Part shown: positions 1-8,774 of the stretch, one piece after another
How positions within the stretch are numbered: position 1 is the stretch's first letter
Layout: every line of letters starts with the position of its first letter
Assembly (NCBI GenBank): GCA_003135555.1
Contig: PLCF01000022.1
Coordinates: 1-44,192 of the forward strand
Direction: 5' to 3'
Source: Vulcanimicrobiota bacterium
GTDB lineage: Bacteria; Vulcanimicrobiota; Vulcanimicrobiia; Vulcanimicrobiales; Vulcanimicrobiaceae
Length of the DNA stretch: 44,192 nt
Program-made: the position numbers and the translations under genes
Notes under the pieces: generated by a model
What the model was told of the DNA's origin: nothing
The model's input: only the letters and a program-made list of their open reading frames with translations
Databases searched by the model: none

Positions 1-89
1 TCGAGCCGTTCGATCGCCCGCTGGACCTCGTGCAGGCTGGGCGGTTTGGCGTCCGTGACGCCGGCCGGGACATCGTCGCGCGGTTCCAT
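1..89 (-). CDS. 5' end of a gene running off the window edge (MEPRDDVPAGVTDAKPPSLHEVQRAIERL...), product unknown
   Basis: ATG at 89 on the minus strand, frame open to position 1, GC-rich codons; LexA-type box about 30 bp upstream. Confidence 0.45.
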   Translation of the reverse strand, partial: MEPRDDVPAGVTDAKPPSLHEVQRAIERL

Positions 90-116
90 CGGACGCCGGC
101 TCTTCGGCCGCCGTGA

Positions 117-132
117 TCGAACACCTGTTCGA
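117..132. promoter_or_regulatory. LexA (SOS) box, Gram-positive/actinobacterial type
   Basis: TCGAAC-ACCT-GTTCGA, a perfect match to TCGAAC-N4-GTTCGA, in an intergenic position. Confidence 0.7.
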
Positions 133-190
133 TTCGTAATGTCACCCTGAGCTCCGTCGAAGGGGTGAGCGGTCGTGCCCCGTTGGGCTG

Positions 191-219
191 TTGCTCTCCC
201 CAGCCTAGCCGGGTATACT
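191..219 (+). promoter_or_regulatory. sigma70-type promoter of the diiron protein gene
   Basis: TTGCTC (191-196), 17-bp spacer, TATACT (214-219). Confidence 0.7.
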
Positions 220-224
220 CTCGG

Positions 225-246
225 CCTGACCGACCATTTGGTAGGG
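225..246. promoter_or_regulatory. PaaR (TetR-type)-like operator
   Basis: CCTGACCGACCATTTGGTAGGG, imperfect palindrome just downstream of the -10; matches 11 of 16 defined positions of the corynebacterial PaaR motif as I recall it (ACTNACCGNNCGNNCGGTNAGT). Confidence 0.5.
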
Positions 247-263
247 AGAGGGAAACCGCTCGC

Positions 264-1307
264 ATGGCTTTGATCGCGCCCCAGTCCAACCAGCTCGTCG
301 TCCCGGCCGACGGCTTCGCGCCGTATCCGGAGGTGCCGCAGCCCAACATCTTCCCGATGGAGTGGCGGGTGGAGACGCCCAAGCTGGCCGAGCTCTACGA
401 GCGCGCCAAACGCCACGTCTGGAACCCGTCGGACTTTGCGTGGGAGACGTTGCACGCCGAGGACTTCACCGAAGAGCAGCGGCTGGGGATCATGTACTGG
501 TACGCGGTGCTCGCCAACTTCGACGGCTCGGGGCCGGCGGTGTTCGCCAAAGCGACGATCCACGCGTTCGAGACGCATCAAGAAGACCCGATCCGCAAAT
601 GTTTTTTCTCGATCACCCACGACGAGATGAACCACGAGGAAGTCTGCCAGCGCGCGATCCAAGCGCTCGTCCCCGGCGGGCCGATGGACTTCGAGGCCAC
701 GAGCGATCTCGCCAAAGCCGCGCAAAACAACATCGGTTGGCTCTATCACAACGGCGGCCGCTACTGGTCCGGCTACTCGGCGTCGCTCGCGAAGTATCCG
801 CTCAGCGTGCTGTTCACGTCGTTCATGATGGGTGAGGTCGCGTCGTCGACGTTGTTCTTCGGGATGTCGAAGAAGGCCACGCACCCGCTCTTCAAGGAGA
901 TCTTCAAGAAGGTCGGTCAGGACGAGGCGCGCCACCTCGCAATCTGCCTCACGGTGCTCGAGCGCGACTGGCCCGGCCTCTCCGACGAGTACAAGACGAT
1001 GATCACCAAGCAGCTGCGCGCAGGCTTCGTGTTCCTGAGCATGATCTTGTGGGAGCCGCCCAATCAGTTTTGGGACATCCCGGACTACTTTCTGCCGAAC
1101 CATCGCGTGCTGGTGCAGCACGCGCGCGACGCCGGCCTGGGCGTGCTGACTTACGACGAGCAGGCGGAGAACTGGAAGGTCGCGCTGGCGCGCGTGCGCG
1201 CGATCGTCGGCGAGTGGGGAATCGAGTTCCCCGCGATCCCCGAGCTCGACCTCGACGGCGTCGACGTCGGCCACATCGGTCCGGAGGACATCATCCCGGT
1301 CTTCTAG
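264..1307 (+). CDS. Ferritin-like diiron protein (oxygenase/oxidase-type four-helix bundle)
   Basis: Two ExxH motifs (DEMNH, DEARH) plus spaced acidic ligands (NFDG, MGEV); N-terminal LYERAKRHVWNP; purine-rich RBS before ATG 264. Confidence 0.8.
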   Translation: MALIAPQSNQLVVPADGFAPYPEVPQPNIFPMEWRVETPKLAELYERAKRHVWNPSDFAWETLHAEDFTEEQRLGIMYWYAVLANFDGSGPAVFAKATIHAFETHQEDPIRKCFFSITHDEMNHEEVCQRAIQALVPGGPMDFEATSDLAKAAQNNIGWLYHNGGRYWSGYSASLAKYPLSVLFTSFMMGEVASSTLFFGMSKKATHPLFKEIFKKVGQDEARHLAICLTVLERDWPGLSDEYKTMITKQLRAGFVFLSMILWEPPNQFWDIPDYFLPNHRVLVQHARDAGLGVLTYDEQAENWKVALARVRAIVGEWGIEFPAIPELDLDGVDVGHIGPEDIIPVF

Positions 1308-1441
1308 CCCGCCCACGAAGGCGGTCGCGAAGAGCGGACAGACCGGTTGCGGTAGCTTCACGATGCGAGGCGAGAACGAAACTGGCCGTTAAGGGCTCTC
1401 CCGCGCGAGAGTTCCGACGGCTGTCCGTGTATCATCGGGGT

Positions 1442-1666
1442 ATGGCGCGGCAGTTTCAGGTGTTCGTGGCGTACGACCCGGCCGACAAGGCATGGGTCAC
1501 CGTTGTGCCGGCTCTCGACCACCTCTCGACCTTCGGCTCTACCCACGATGAGGCGCTCGCGCAAACGCGCGAAGCGATTCTCGGGTACCTCGAAGCCGCT
1601 GAGATCGAAGGGATCGAACTGAGGATCGACTCGACGCCAGCCGAACTCGTCCAAATCGCAGTTTAA
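1442..1666 (+). CDS. hicB: HicB-family antitoxin-like protein (short, no DNA-binding domain)
   Basis: WVTVVPALDHLSTFGSTHDEALAQTREAILGYLE matches the HicB partial RNase H fold signature; TATCAT -10 lies 6 nt before the ATG. Confidence 0.8.
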   Translation: MARQFQVFVAYDPADKAWVTVVPALDHLSTFGSTHDEALAQTREAILGYLEAAEIEGIELRIDSTPAELVQIAV

Positions 1667-1741
1667 CGGCCCTGAAAACACCGCCGGCGGCGGCTTGTAA
1701 GGGCGCGTGACGCGGCGCGAGTGCCCCGGTAAGGTGGGAAC

Positions 1742-2194
1742 TTACGGGTGGATGGCCATGACGATCACGATGACGGTCGTGGCCAGGATCGGGAAGAGTG
1801 CGCGGAAGAGGCGGCCCGGCGCGATGCGGTACGTGATCTTGCGCGCCAGCTCGATCTGACGATCCGTCATCCACGCCACGAGCCACGCGGCTTCGGCCAT
1901 GATGACGAACACCGTCGCGACGAGCGCGCGCTGGTCACTGCGCGGCGGCTCGACGGCCGTGACGACGACGACGAGGAGCGCGACGACCGCGACGACGATC
2001 GCCGGCGCGAGCCAGAGCAGCGCCTTGGGGGCGAAGCGGCCGGGCCGGCCATCGTAACCGATGTGCAGCGGCACGCGCTTGGGAGCCACGGCGTAGCGCC
2101 GCGCGACGTGCCAGACCAACAAGACCGTTGCCGCGACGGCGAATCCACAGGCGACCGGCAGCATGACGGGTGCGACTACCTCTTCGATCGTCAT
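1742..2194 (-). CDS. DUF1648-type membrane protein
   Basis: PKRVPLHIGYDGRPGRF motif flanked by hydrophobic helices. Confidence 0.7.
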   Translation of the reverse strand: MTIEEVVAPVMLPVACGFAVAATVLLVWHVARRYAVAPKRVPLHIGYDGRPGRFAPKALLWLAPAIVVAVVALLVVVVTAVEPPRSDQRALVATVFVIMAEAAWLVAWMTDRQIELARKITYRIAPGRLFRALFPILATTVIVIVMAIHP

Positions 2195-2198
2195 CGTG

Positions 2199-2480
2199 TT
2201 ACGCCGACGGCGCTTCGCGGAAGCCGGTTGCGCCGCGCGGTTCGGCGGTGCCGCGCTCGACGCCGTCAATGCGTGCGAAGCGCGGCGGATGCGCGAGCAC
2301 GTCGGCGAGAAATGCCCGCACGGCGTCTTCCTCACCCTCAGCGTCGATCTCCAGACGACCGTCCCGGCGCCGATTGCGCACCGTTCCGGCGACCGCGTGG
2401 CGCGCGGCAATCTCCAAGACGGTCTGGCGAAAGCCGACGGCTTGGACGCGACCGCTGAGCGTCATGACGGTCCGCGTCAC
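2199..2480 (-). CDS. acyP: Acylphosphatase
   Basis: GRVQAVGFR...GTVRN..DGRLEIDAEG signature, about 93 aa from a GTG start. Confidence 0.88.
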   Translation of the reverse strand: MTRTVMTLSGRVQAVGFRQTVLEIAARHAVAGTVRNRRRDGRLEIDAEGEEDAVRAFLADVLAHPPRFARIDGVERGTAEPRGATGFREAPSA

Positions 2481-2501
2481 GGTTGGGGGTATGGTTGGCG
2501 C

Positions 2502-2954
2502 ATGGACCCGGCACGCTTTCCGCCGGTCTCGGGCGCGGCCCTCGACGGAACCCCGTTCGTCGCGCCGCGCGATCTCAGCGCCGGGCGCATGGTCGTGCTG
2601 CTCGGGTTCGCCCTCGAGCACCGCGCCGATCTCGAAAGCTGGGTCCCGTTTCTCGACGCCTTGGCACGTTCGCGCCCGGACGTCCGCGTACGGTTGTTCA
2701 TCCCGCTCAGCGTGCCGAAGATCGGGCGCGGCGCTATCGTGGCGGCTCTCAAGGCGGCCGTTACTGCGCCGGAACAGCGCATGTCGACGATCCCGCTCTT
2801 CGTTGACGTCGACGCCTTCACGCGCTCGCTGGGAATCACCGACCGCTCGCACCTCGTCATCTTGGTCGTCGAGCCCGACGGGTCAATCGTCTGGCGGGGT
2901 GGCGGCCGCTACTCCGAGGAGGCGGCGGCCGCGCTGAGCGCTGCGCTTGGCTAG
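2502..2954 (+). CDS. Thioredoxin-like fold protein without CxxC, unknown function
   Basis: FPPVSGAALDG...ILVVEPDGSIVWRGGG resembles AhpC/TSA-type folds; TATGGT -10 lies 6 nt before the ATG. Confidence 0.6.
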   Translation: MDPARFPPVSGAALDGTPFVAPRDLSAGRMVVLLGFALEHRADLESWVPFLDALARSRPDVRVRLFIPLSVPKIGRGAIVAALKAAVTAPEQRMSTIPLFVDVDAFTRSLGITDRSHLVILVVEPDGSIVWRGGGRYSEEAAAALSAALG

Positions 2955-2986
2955 GGCGCGCCGACGCGTCGCCGAAGCGGGACCGT

Positions 2987-4663
2987 ATGACGACCACGCT
3001 GGCCCACGGCGCCGACCTCTTGGCGCGCCACCGCGAAACGCTCGATCGTGCCCGCGACGCGATCCGCACCCGCGCGTACTTCAGCGCCTATCCGGAGAGC
3101 GCGAGCGGGAAGATCTACGGCGAGACGGCGGCCGCTGAAGGCAAAGCGGCCTTCGATGCGCGGTTGGGACGCCCGTTCGTCCTCGAGCAGCCGGGAAGCG
3201 GCGACGGCGTCGCGACGGAGCGCTCGCCCTACGGCATCCCCCTCGACGTCCAGTATCCGGCGGTCGACGTCGACGCGTTGCTTGCCGCGGCGGCACGGGC
3301 CGGCGAAACCTGGGGCGCGGCGTCTATCGACGCGCGCGCCGGCGTCGCGCTCGAAGCGCTCGCGCGCCTCAACCGGATGTCGTTCGAGATGGCGCACGCT
3401 GTGATGCACACGACCGGTCAGGGCTTCATGATGGCGTTCCAAGCCGGCGGTCCGCACGCGCAGGACCGCGCGCTCGAAGCGATCGCCTATGCGTACGAAG
3501 AGATGTCGCGCATCCCCGAGCGCGTGGTGTGGGAGAAGCCCGCCAAGCCCGAGCCGATTCGCATCGAGAAGACCTACCGTGTCGTCCCGCGCGGCGTCGA
3601 CGTGACGATCGGCTGCTCGACGTTCCCGACCTGGAACGCGTATCCGGCGATGTTCGCGAGCCTGGTGACCGGCAACGCGGTGGTCGTCAAGCCGCATCCG
3701 CAAGCGATTCTGCCGCTGGCGATCACGGTCGAAGTGCTGCAGGGCGTGCTGCGCGAGGCCGGCTTCGACCCGCAGGTCGTGACCCTGGCCGTCGATACTC
3801 CCGATCGTCCGCTGGCGAAGCTGCTCGCGCAGCGCCCGGAGGTCGCGCTGATCGACTACACCGGCTCGACCGAGTTCGGCGACTGGCTCGAGCAGAATTC
3901 GCGCGCGCTCGTCTACACCGAGAAGGCCGGCGTGAACAGCGTCGTCATCGACTCGACCGACGATCTCAAGGGGATGACGCGCAATCTCGCGATGTCGCTC
4001 GCGCTGTACTCCGGGCAGATGTGCACCACGCCGCAGAACCTCTTCGTGCCGCGCGACGGCATCCTGTCGAGCGGTGAGAAGGTCTCGTTCGACGACGTCG
4101 TTGCCGCGTTGGTGAGCGCGATCGACGGGTTGCTCGCAGACCCGCGCGCCGCCGGAACGCTCGGCGCGATCGCGACCGACGGGACGCTGCGCCGTATCGA
4201 GGATGAGAATGCGAAGCCCGGCGTGGTGCGCAAGAGCGCGCCGGTCGCCAACCCGGAGTTTCCCAACGCGCGGGTGCACTCGCCGCTCGTCGCGGTCGTC
4301 GACGCGGCCGATCGCGACCGGTACGATCGCGAGGCCTTCGGGCCGATCGCCTTCGTCGTGCGCACCGCCGACACCGCCGAGTCGTTGCGGCTGGCGACGT
4401 CCGCGGCGCAGCGCCGCGGCGCGATCACCGCGATCGTCTACACCACCGACGACGCGGTGTTGCAGCAAGCCCAGCGCTGGGCGCAGGACGGCAAGGTCAA
4501 CCTCGCGGTCAACCTGACCGGTGGGCTGCTGGTCAACCAGTCGGCGGCCTTCAGCGACTACCACGTCACCGGCGGCAACCCGGCCGGCAACGCCTCGCTC
4601 ACCGACGCCGCGTTCGTCGCGAACCGTTTCCGGATCATCGAGACCCGCACGCCGGTCTCGTGA
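2987..4663 (+). CDS. paaN: Phenylacetic acid degradation aldehyde dehydrogenase PaaN
   Basis: ALDH motifs (YTGS, EKAGVN, SGQMCT) plus PaaN-specific AFQAGGPHAQDR and NQSAAFSDYHVTGGNPAGNA. Confidence 0.92.
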   Translation: MTTTLAHGADLLARHRETLDRARDAIRTRAYFSAYPESASGKIYGETAAAEGKAAFDARLGRPFVLEQPGSGDGVATERSPYGIPLDVQYPAVDVDALLAAAARAGETWGAASIDARAGVALEALARLNRMSFEMAHAVMHTTGQGFMMAFQAGGPHAQDRALEAIAYAYEEMSRIPERVVWEKPAKPEPIRIEKTYRVVPRGVDVTIGCSTFPTWNAYPAMFASLVTGNAVVVKPHPQAILPLAITVEVLQGVLREAGFDPQVVTLAVDTPDRPLAKLLAQRPEVALIDYTGSTEFGDWLEQNSRALVYTEKAGVNSVVIDSTDDLKGMTRNLAMSLALYSGQMCTTPQNLFVPRDGILSSGEKVSFDDVVAALVSAIDGLLADPRAAGTLGAIATDGTLRRIEDENAKPGVVRKSAPVANPEFPNARVHSPLVAVVDAADRDRYDREAFGPIAFVVRTADTAESLRLATSAAQRRGAITAIVYTTDDAVLQQAQRWAQDGKVNLAVNLTGGLLVNQSAAFSDYHVTGGNPAGNASLTDAAFVANRFRIIETRTPVS

Positions 4664-5106
4664 CCGTTAGCGAGCTGACCGGCGATGCCCTCGCGCGGGC
4701 CTGTGCCGAGGCGATGCTGTCGCGCGACCGCGCCTCGCAGGCGCTCGGCATGGCGCTCGACGACGCGCGGCCGGGCTGGGCGCGCGTGTCGCTGACCATC
4801 GGCGAGGCGATGGTGAACGGCCATGCGATCGCGCACGGCGGCGTGACCTTCACGCTGGCAGACTCCGCGTTTGCGTTCGCCTGCAACTCCCGCAACGAGC
4901 CCAACGTCGCGCTGCAGGCCTCGATCTCGTACGTCGCCGCCGCGCGCCTGGGGGACGTCCTCGTCGCGGAAGCGCAGGAGCGCTCGTCGAAGGGACGCAC
5001 CGGTGTCTACGACGTCACCGTAACCTGCGGCGACGAACTCGTCGCGCTGTTCCGCGGCGTCTGCTACCGCGTCAAGGGTACGGTATTGGAGGGCGCGACG
5101 ACGTGA
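4660..5106 (+). CDS. paaI: Phenylacetyl-CoA thioesterase, hot-dog fold (PaaI/PaaD)
   Basis: NGHAIAHGGVTFTLADSAFAFACNS; GTGA overlap with paaN. Confidence 0.92.
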   Translation: MTVSELTGDALARACAEAMLSRDRASQALGMALDDARPGWARVSLTIGEAMVNGHAIAHGGVTFTLADSAFAFACNSRNEPNVALQASISYVAAARLGDVLVAEAQERSSKGRTGVYDVTVTCGDELVALFRGVCYRVKGTVLEGATT

Positions 5107-6584
5107 TCGGGATCAGGCAGAACATCGGCTCGACGGCGGCGTTGTGCGTTATGCTCGTGCTTTTGACGGCGCCGGTTGCGGCGGCCGAGCCAGCACCGCC
5201 TGCGCCGGCTGCGTCGCCGATGCCGGCCACAATCGAGCCGCCGGGAAACGGCCTTCCGATTACGGTCACCAAATGCGGCGGGTCGGCGCGCGTCGAGGGC
5301 CGGCGCGGCAGCGCACGCATCGACGTGAACTACGAGGTGACCGGCGCGAAGACGGCCGACGCGGTCGAGTTCCTCATGCGCAACGAGTTCGGTCCGCGCT
5401 ATGCGATCGGGGTGCGCGACAACGGCACCTTCTCACCCGGCGTCCCGATCCATCACCTTCTGGCCGCCGATGCGCCGAATGAGATCGGGCCGTTCACCAG
5501 CTATCCCAATCACTGCTCCCTCACCTACGTGCACTTCACCGACGGCACCGAGTGGCGCTCGGCGGGGAGCTTCCTGGTCGCCGAGCGGCCCGAGGTGATC
5601 GGTGAGTTCGGTTTGCCGGAGAACAGCCGGCCGCGCGGGATCGCGATCGGCGCCGACGGCTCCCTCTGGGTCGTCGAGGAGAGAGCCAACGCGATCGCAC
5701 ACGTCGACGCGGGGAACGGCAAGCTGCTGGGCGAGTACCCGATCCCGACCGCGCAGGCGGACCCGCGGTATATCGCGCGCGGCGCCGGCGACACGATGTG
5801 GTTCACCGAGTTTCGCGGCGCGAAGATCGGCACGATCTCCCCGGACGGAACGATCCGCGAATTCTCGGTCGGGTGTACCGGATGTCATCCCGGGCCGATC
5901 GCGGTCGATGCGAGTGGCAATGCCTGGTTCGCTGAGATGAACATCGAAACGGACCGTTCGCGCCCGACCGCTTCTCCCACGTACGGGGCGAACGTGATCG
6001 GCAGGATCACGCCGCAAGGTATGGTCAGCGAGTTTGCGATTCCGACGCAGAACAGCTATCCGACCGCACTCTTCGTGGCGCGTGACGGCACGATCTGGTT
6101 CACCGAGAGCGGCGGCAAGATCGGTCACATGGCCTCCGACGGCAAGGTCCTCGTCGAGCTCGCGTCGACCGGAGAACGTCCCTGGTGGATCGGCGAGGAC
6201 GCGAACGGCGTGCTGCACGCGCTCTCGACCGATGCGCGTGCGACGCGCGTCGGGTACTCGATCCTCTCGCGCACACCCGAGGGCGGCTACCAGAAGATCT
6301 CCACGTTCTCGCCACTGAGCGGCCTGATCGCAATCACCGGCGGCGCGCTCGATCTCCAGGGCAACATCTGGTTCACCGACATGCTGGGGAATCGCATTGC
6401 ACGCGCGGGGCAAGACGGACGTTCGGCGGAGCTGAACCTGGGCCGCGGCGGAACCTCGGTCGGAACCGGCCCGATCACCGTCAACCTCGGAACCGCCCCG
6501 ATGTCGATCGCCGTCGCCGACGACGGCACGTTGTGGCTGGTCGAGCTGATGACCAGCCGCATCATCCATATTCGGCCGCACTGA
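5103..6584 (+). CDS. Exported virginiamycin B lyase (Vgb)-like beta-propeller with an extra N-terminal domain
   Basis: Signal peptide; repeated P.GIA.G.DG.LWF.E blades; Cys-bracketed N-terminal domain. Confidence 0.75.
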   Translation: MIGIRQNIGSTAALCVMLVLLTAPVAAAEPAPPAPAASPMPATIEPPGNGLPITVTKCGGSARVEGRRGSARIDVNYEVTGAKTADAVEFLMRNEFGPRYAIGVRDNGTFSPGVPIHHLLAADAPNEIGPFTSYPNHCSLTYVHFTDGTEWRSAGSFLVAERPEVIGEFGLPENSRPRGIAIGADGSLWVVEERANAIAHVDAGNGKLLGEYPIPTAQADPRYIARGAGDTMWFTEFRGAKIGTISPDGTIREFSVGCTGCHPGPIAVDASGNAWFAEMNIETDRSRPTASPTYGANVIGRITPQGMVSEFAIPTQNSYPTALFVARDGTIWFTESGGKIGHMASDGKVLVELASTGERPWWIGEDANGVLHALSTDARATRVGYSILSRTPEGGYQKISTFSPLSGLIAITGGALDLQGNIWFTDMLGNRIARAGQDGRSAELNLGRGGTSVGTGPITVNLGTAPMSIAVADDGTLWLVELMTSRIIHIRPH

Positions 6585-7510
6585 GGTCGCGTACGCACGC
6601 GCTGCTCGCCGGCGTGAACGTCGGCGGAACGACAACGAGCGTCGTACTCGGCACGCCCGACGGAGCAATGCTCGAACGCCGTGCGTGGCCCACCCAAACG
6701 CGGGACGGCGCCGCGCTCTACGCCGCCATCGTCGCTGCGCTGCACGAGATCGGCGCCGCCGCGGAGACGATCGGGGTGGCGATCGGCGGTCCGATGGACG
6801 CCCGCAACGGCATCGTCATCTCACCGCCGCACCTGCCTGGGATGCACGGATTTCGGCTCGGCGAGCGGCTGCTCGCGGATTTGGGACGGCCGGTGCGCGT
6901 GCACCACGACGCCGCTGCATGCGCGCTCGCCGAGGTGCGCTGGGGCGCCGACCGCGGCGCCGCCGGTCTCGCGTACCTCACCTGTGGGACGGGCTTCGGG
7001 GCAGGCATCGTGATCGACGGACGTGCGCGTTACGGTTCGGCGGGCTTTTCTCCGGAGCTCGGGCACGTTCGTTATCGTGACGACGGCCCCGACGTCTTCG
7101 GTAAGCCGGGTTCGTTCGAATCGTACGGCGCGGCCAGCGCGTTGCCCAAGCTCGCGCGGCGCTACGATCCGGCGTACGACGCGGCCGACGGAGCCGAGGT
7201 CGCCCGCCGCGCCGCGCAAGGCGACAGCGTCGCGTGCGCCGCGATCGGCGACAACGCCGACGCGGTCGGGGCCGCGTGCGCGCTGCTGGCGGATCTGCTG
7301 GTGCTCGACGTCATCGTGCTCGGCAGCCTCGCGGCCTATCTCGGCGACCCGTGGCTCGCACGCGTGCGGGCGACGTTTGCGCGTGAGGCGCTCCCGCACC
7401 ACGTCGCGGCCTGCACGCTGCGCGCGCCGTCGCTCGACAACCTACAGGATCTCAGCGGCCTTGCCGCCGCACTCGACGGAACGCACGACCACGCCAGGAA
7501 TCCGGGTTGA
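6581..7510 (+). CDS. ROK-family sugar kinase
   Basis: GVNVGGT, HDAAACALAE, TCGTGFGAG and ELGH motifs; start uncertain (CTG overlapping the upstream stop, or GTG 6614). Confidence 0.8.
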   Translation: MRSRTHALLAGVNVGGTTTSVVLGTPDGAMLERRAWPTQTRDGAALYAAIVAALHEIGAAAETIGVAIGGPMDARNGIVISPPHLPGMHGFRLGERLLADLGRPVRVHHDAAACALAEVRWGADRGAAGLAYLTCGTGFGAGIVIDGRARYGSAGFSPELGHVRYRDDGPDVFGKPGSFESYGAASALPKLARRYDPAYDAADGAEVARRAAQGDSVACAAIGDNADAVGAACALLADLLVLDVIVLGSLAAYLGDPWLARVRATFAREALPHHVAACTLRAPSLDNLQDLSGLAAALDGTHDHARNPG

Positions 7511-7560
7511 ATCGATGTAAGCGCTGGAGTCCCTCAGGTGAGTGCTGAAAGGCCGGACGC

Positions 7561-7950
7561 GTGTACATTTCCGTACTGACACTCTTCGTCGAAGACGTCG
7601 ATCGGGCGGTCGACTTCTATACCAAGAAGCTGGGCTGGGACAAGACGATGGACGTGCCGATGGGCGAAGATCGCTGGGTGACGGTAGCCCCTCCCGGTGA
7701 ACGGACCTCGTTCACCCTGACGAAGGGTCCGCCGAGCTGGGCGCCCGACAAGGCCGTCGGCGGCTTCAGCGGCGTCATCATCGAGGTCGACGACGTCCAT
7801 CAGGCCCACGCGAAGCTCGAACAGCAGAACGTCGAGTTCACCGACGAACCGCGCATCGAACCGTGGGGCGGCTGGGCCATGTTCAAGGACTCGGAAGGCA
7901 ACATCCACGGGTTGCACTCGCCGGTATCCGCAGCCGTCAGCAACAACTAG
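7561..7950 (+). CDS. VOC/glyoxalase family protein
   Basis: LFVEDVDRAVDFYTKKLG...EPWGGWAMFKDSEGN. Confidence 0.88.
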   Translation: MYISVLTLFVEDVDRAVDFYTKKLGWDKTMDVPMGEDRWVTVAPPGERTSFTLTKGPPSWAPDKAVGGFSGVIIEVDDVHQAHAKLEQQNVEFTDEPRIEPWGGWAMFKDSEGNIHGLHSPVSAAVSNN

Positions 7951-7970
7951 GCGTAGCTCGGATCAGCCGC

Positions 7971-8774
7971 CTAGTAACGCCCTAGGATGCGTTGTTCGCC
8001 GCCGATCGCGGTGAGGGCGGCGCGCAGGCGCGCGTCGTCGACCCTCGTCAGCTCGACGAAGAAGCGGTAGCGAAACGGCACCTTGCGGTCGGGGCGCGCG
8101 ATGAGAAAGCGCAGGTCGATGCCGCGGTCGGCGAACGCGCTCAGCGCGTCACGCAGCGAACCGGGCTGGTCCTGCACCGCAATCCCCACGCACGCCCGGT
8201 CGCCCAGTTCCTTCGACACGCTCGGGTCGGGAAGCGCTCGTTCGATGAGGAAGAAGCGGGTGTAGTTCTCGGCTTCGTCTTGCACGCCGCGCGCCAGGAT
8301 CGTTCCGCCGTGGATCTCCGCGGCGAGCGCCGGTCCGATCGCCGCGACGCTCGGATCGCCGAGTGCGACGACCTCGCGTACCGCGCCCGCCGTATCACTC
8401 GCGGTGGTGTGACGCCACCCGTGCGCGTCGGCGTAACGCCGAACTTGCTCCAGCGCGACGGGGTGCGAGCGGATCTCGCGCACGTGCGCTTCGCTCGCAC
8501 CGGCAGCGCCGACCAGGCACAGCTCGATGGCCAGGGTCGTCTCGGCGCTGATGCGCAGCGCCGGATGCTCCCACAGGAGCTCGTAGTTGCGCGGAACGGG
8601 CCCGGCGATAGCGTTTTCGACCGGCAGGACGCCGTACTCGACCTCGCCGGCGTCGACCGCTTCGGCGACCGCGTCGAACGAGCCGTACCCGCGCGTCAGC
8701 GCCTCAGGCAGCAGCGTTCGCGCGGCGACGTCGCTGAACGCGCCGGCATGGCCCTGATAGGCGACGCTCGCCAT
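7971..8774 (-). CDS. pheA: Prephenate dehydratase with ACT domain
   Basis: VAYQG..GAFS, GVLPVEN, SHPVALEQ and NYTRF motifs; C-terminal ACT domain. Confidence 0.9.
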   Translation of the reverse strand: MASVAYQGHAGAFSDVAARTLLPEALTRGYGSFDAVAEAVDAGEVEYGVLPVENAIAGPVPRNYELLWEHPALRISAETTLAIELCLVGAAGASEAHVREIRSHPVALEQVRRYADAHGWRHTTASDTAGAVREVVALGDPSVAAIGPALAAEIHGGTILARGVQDEAENYTRFFLIERALPDPSVSKELGDRACVGIAVQDQPGSLRDALSAFADRGIDLRFLIARPDRKVPFRYRFFVELTRVDDARLRAALTAIGGEQRILGRY

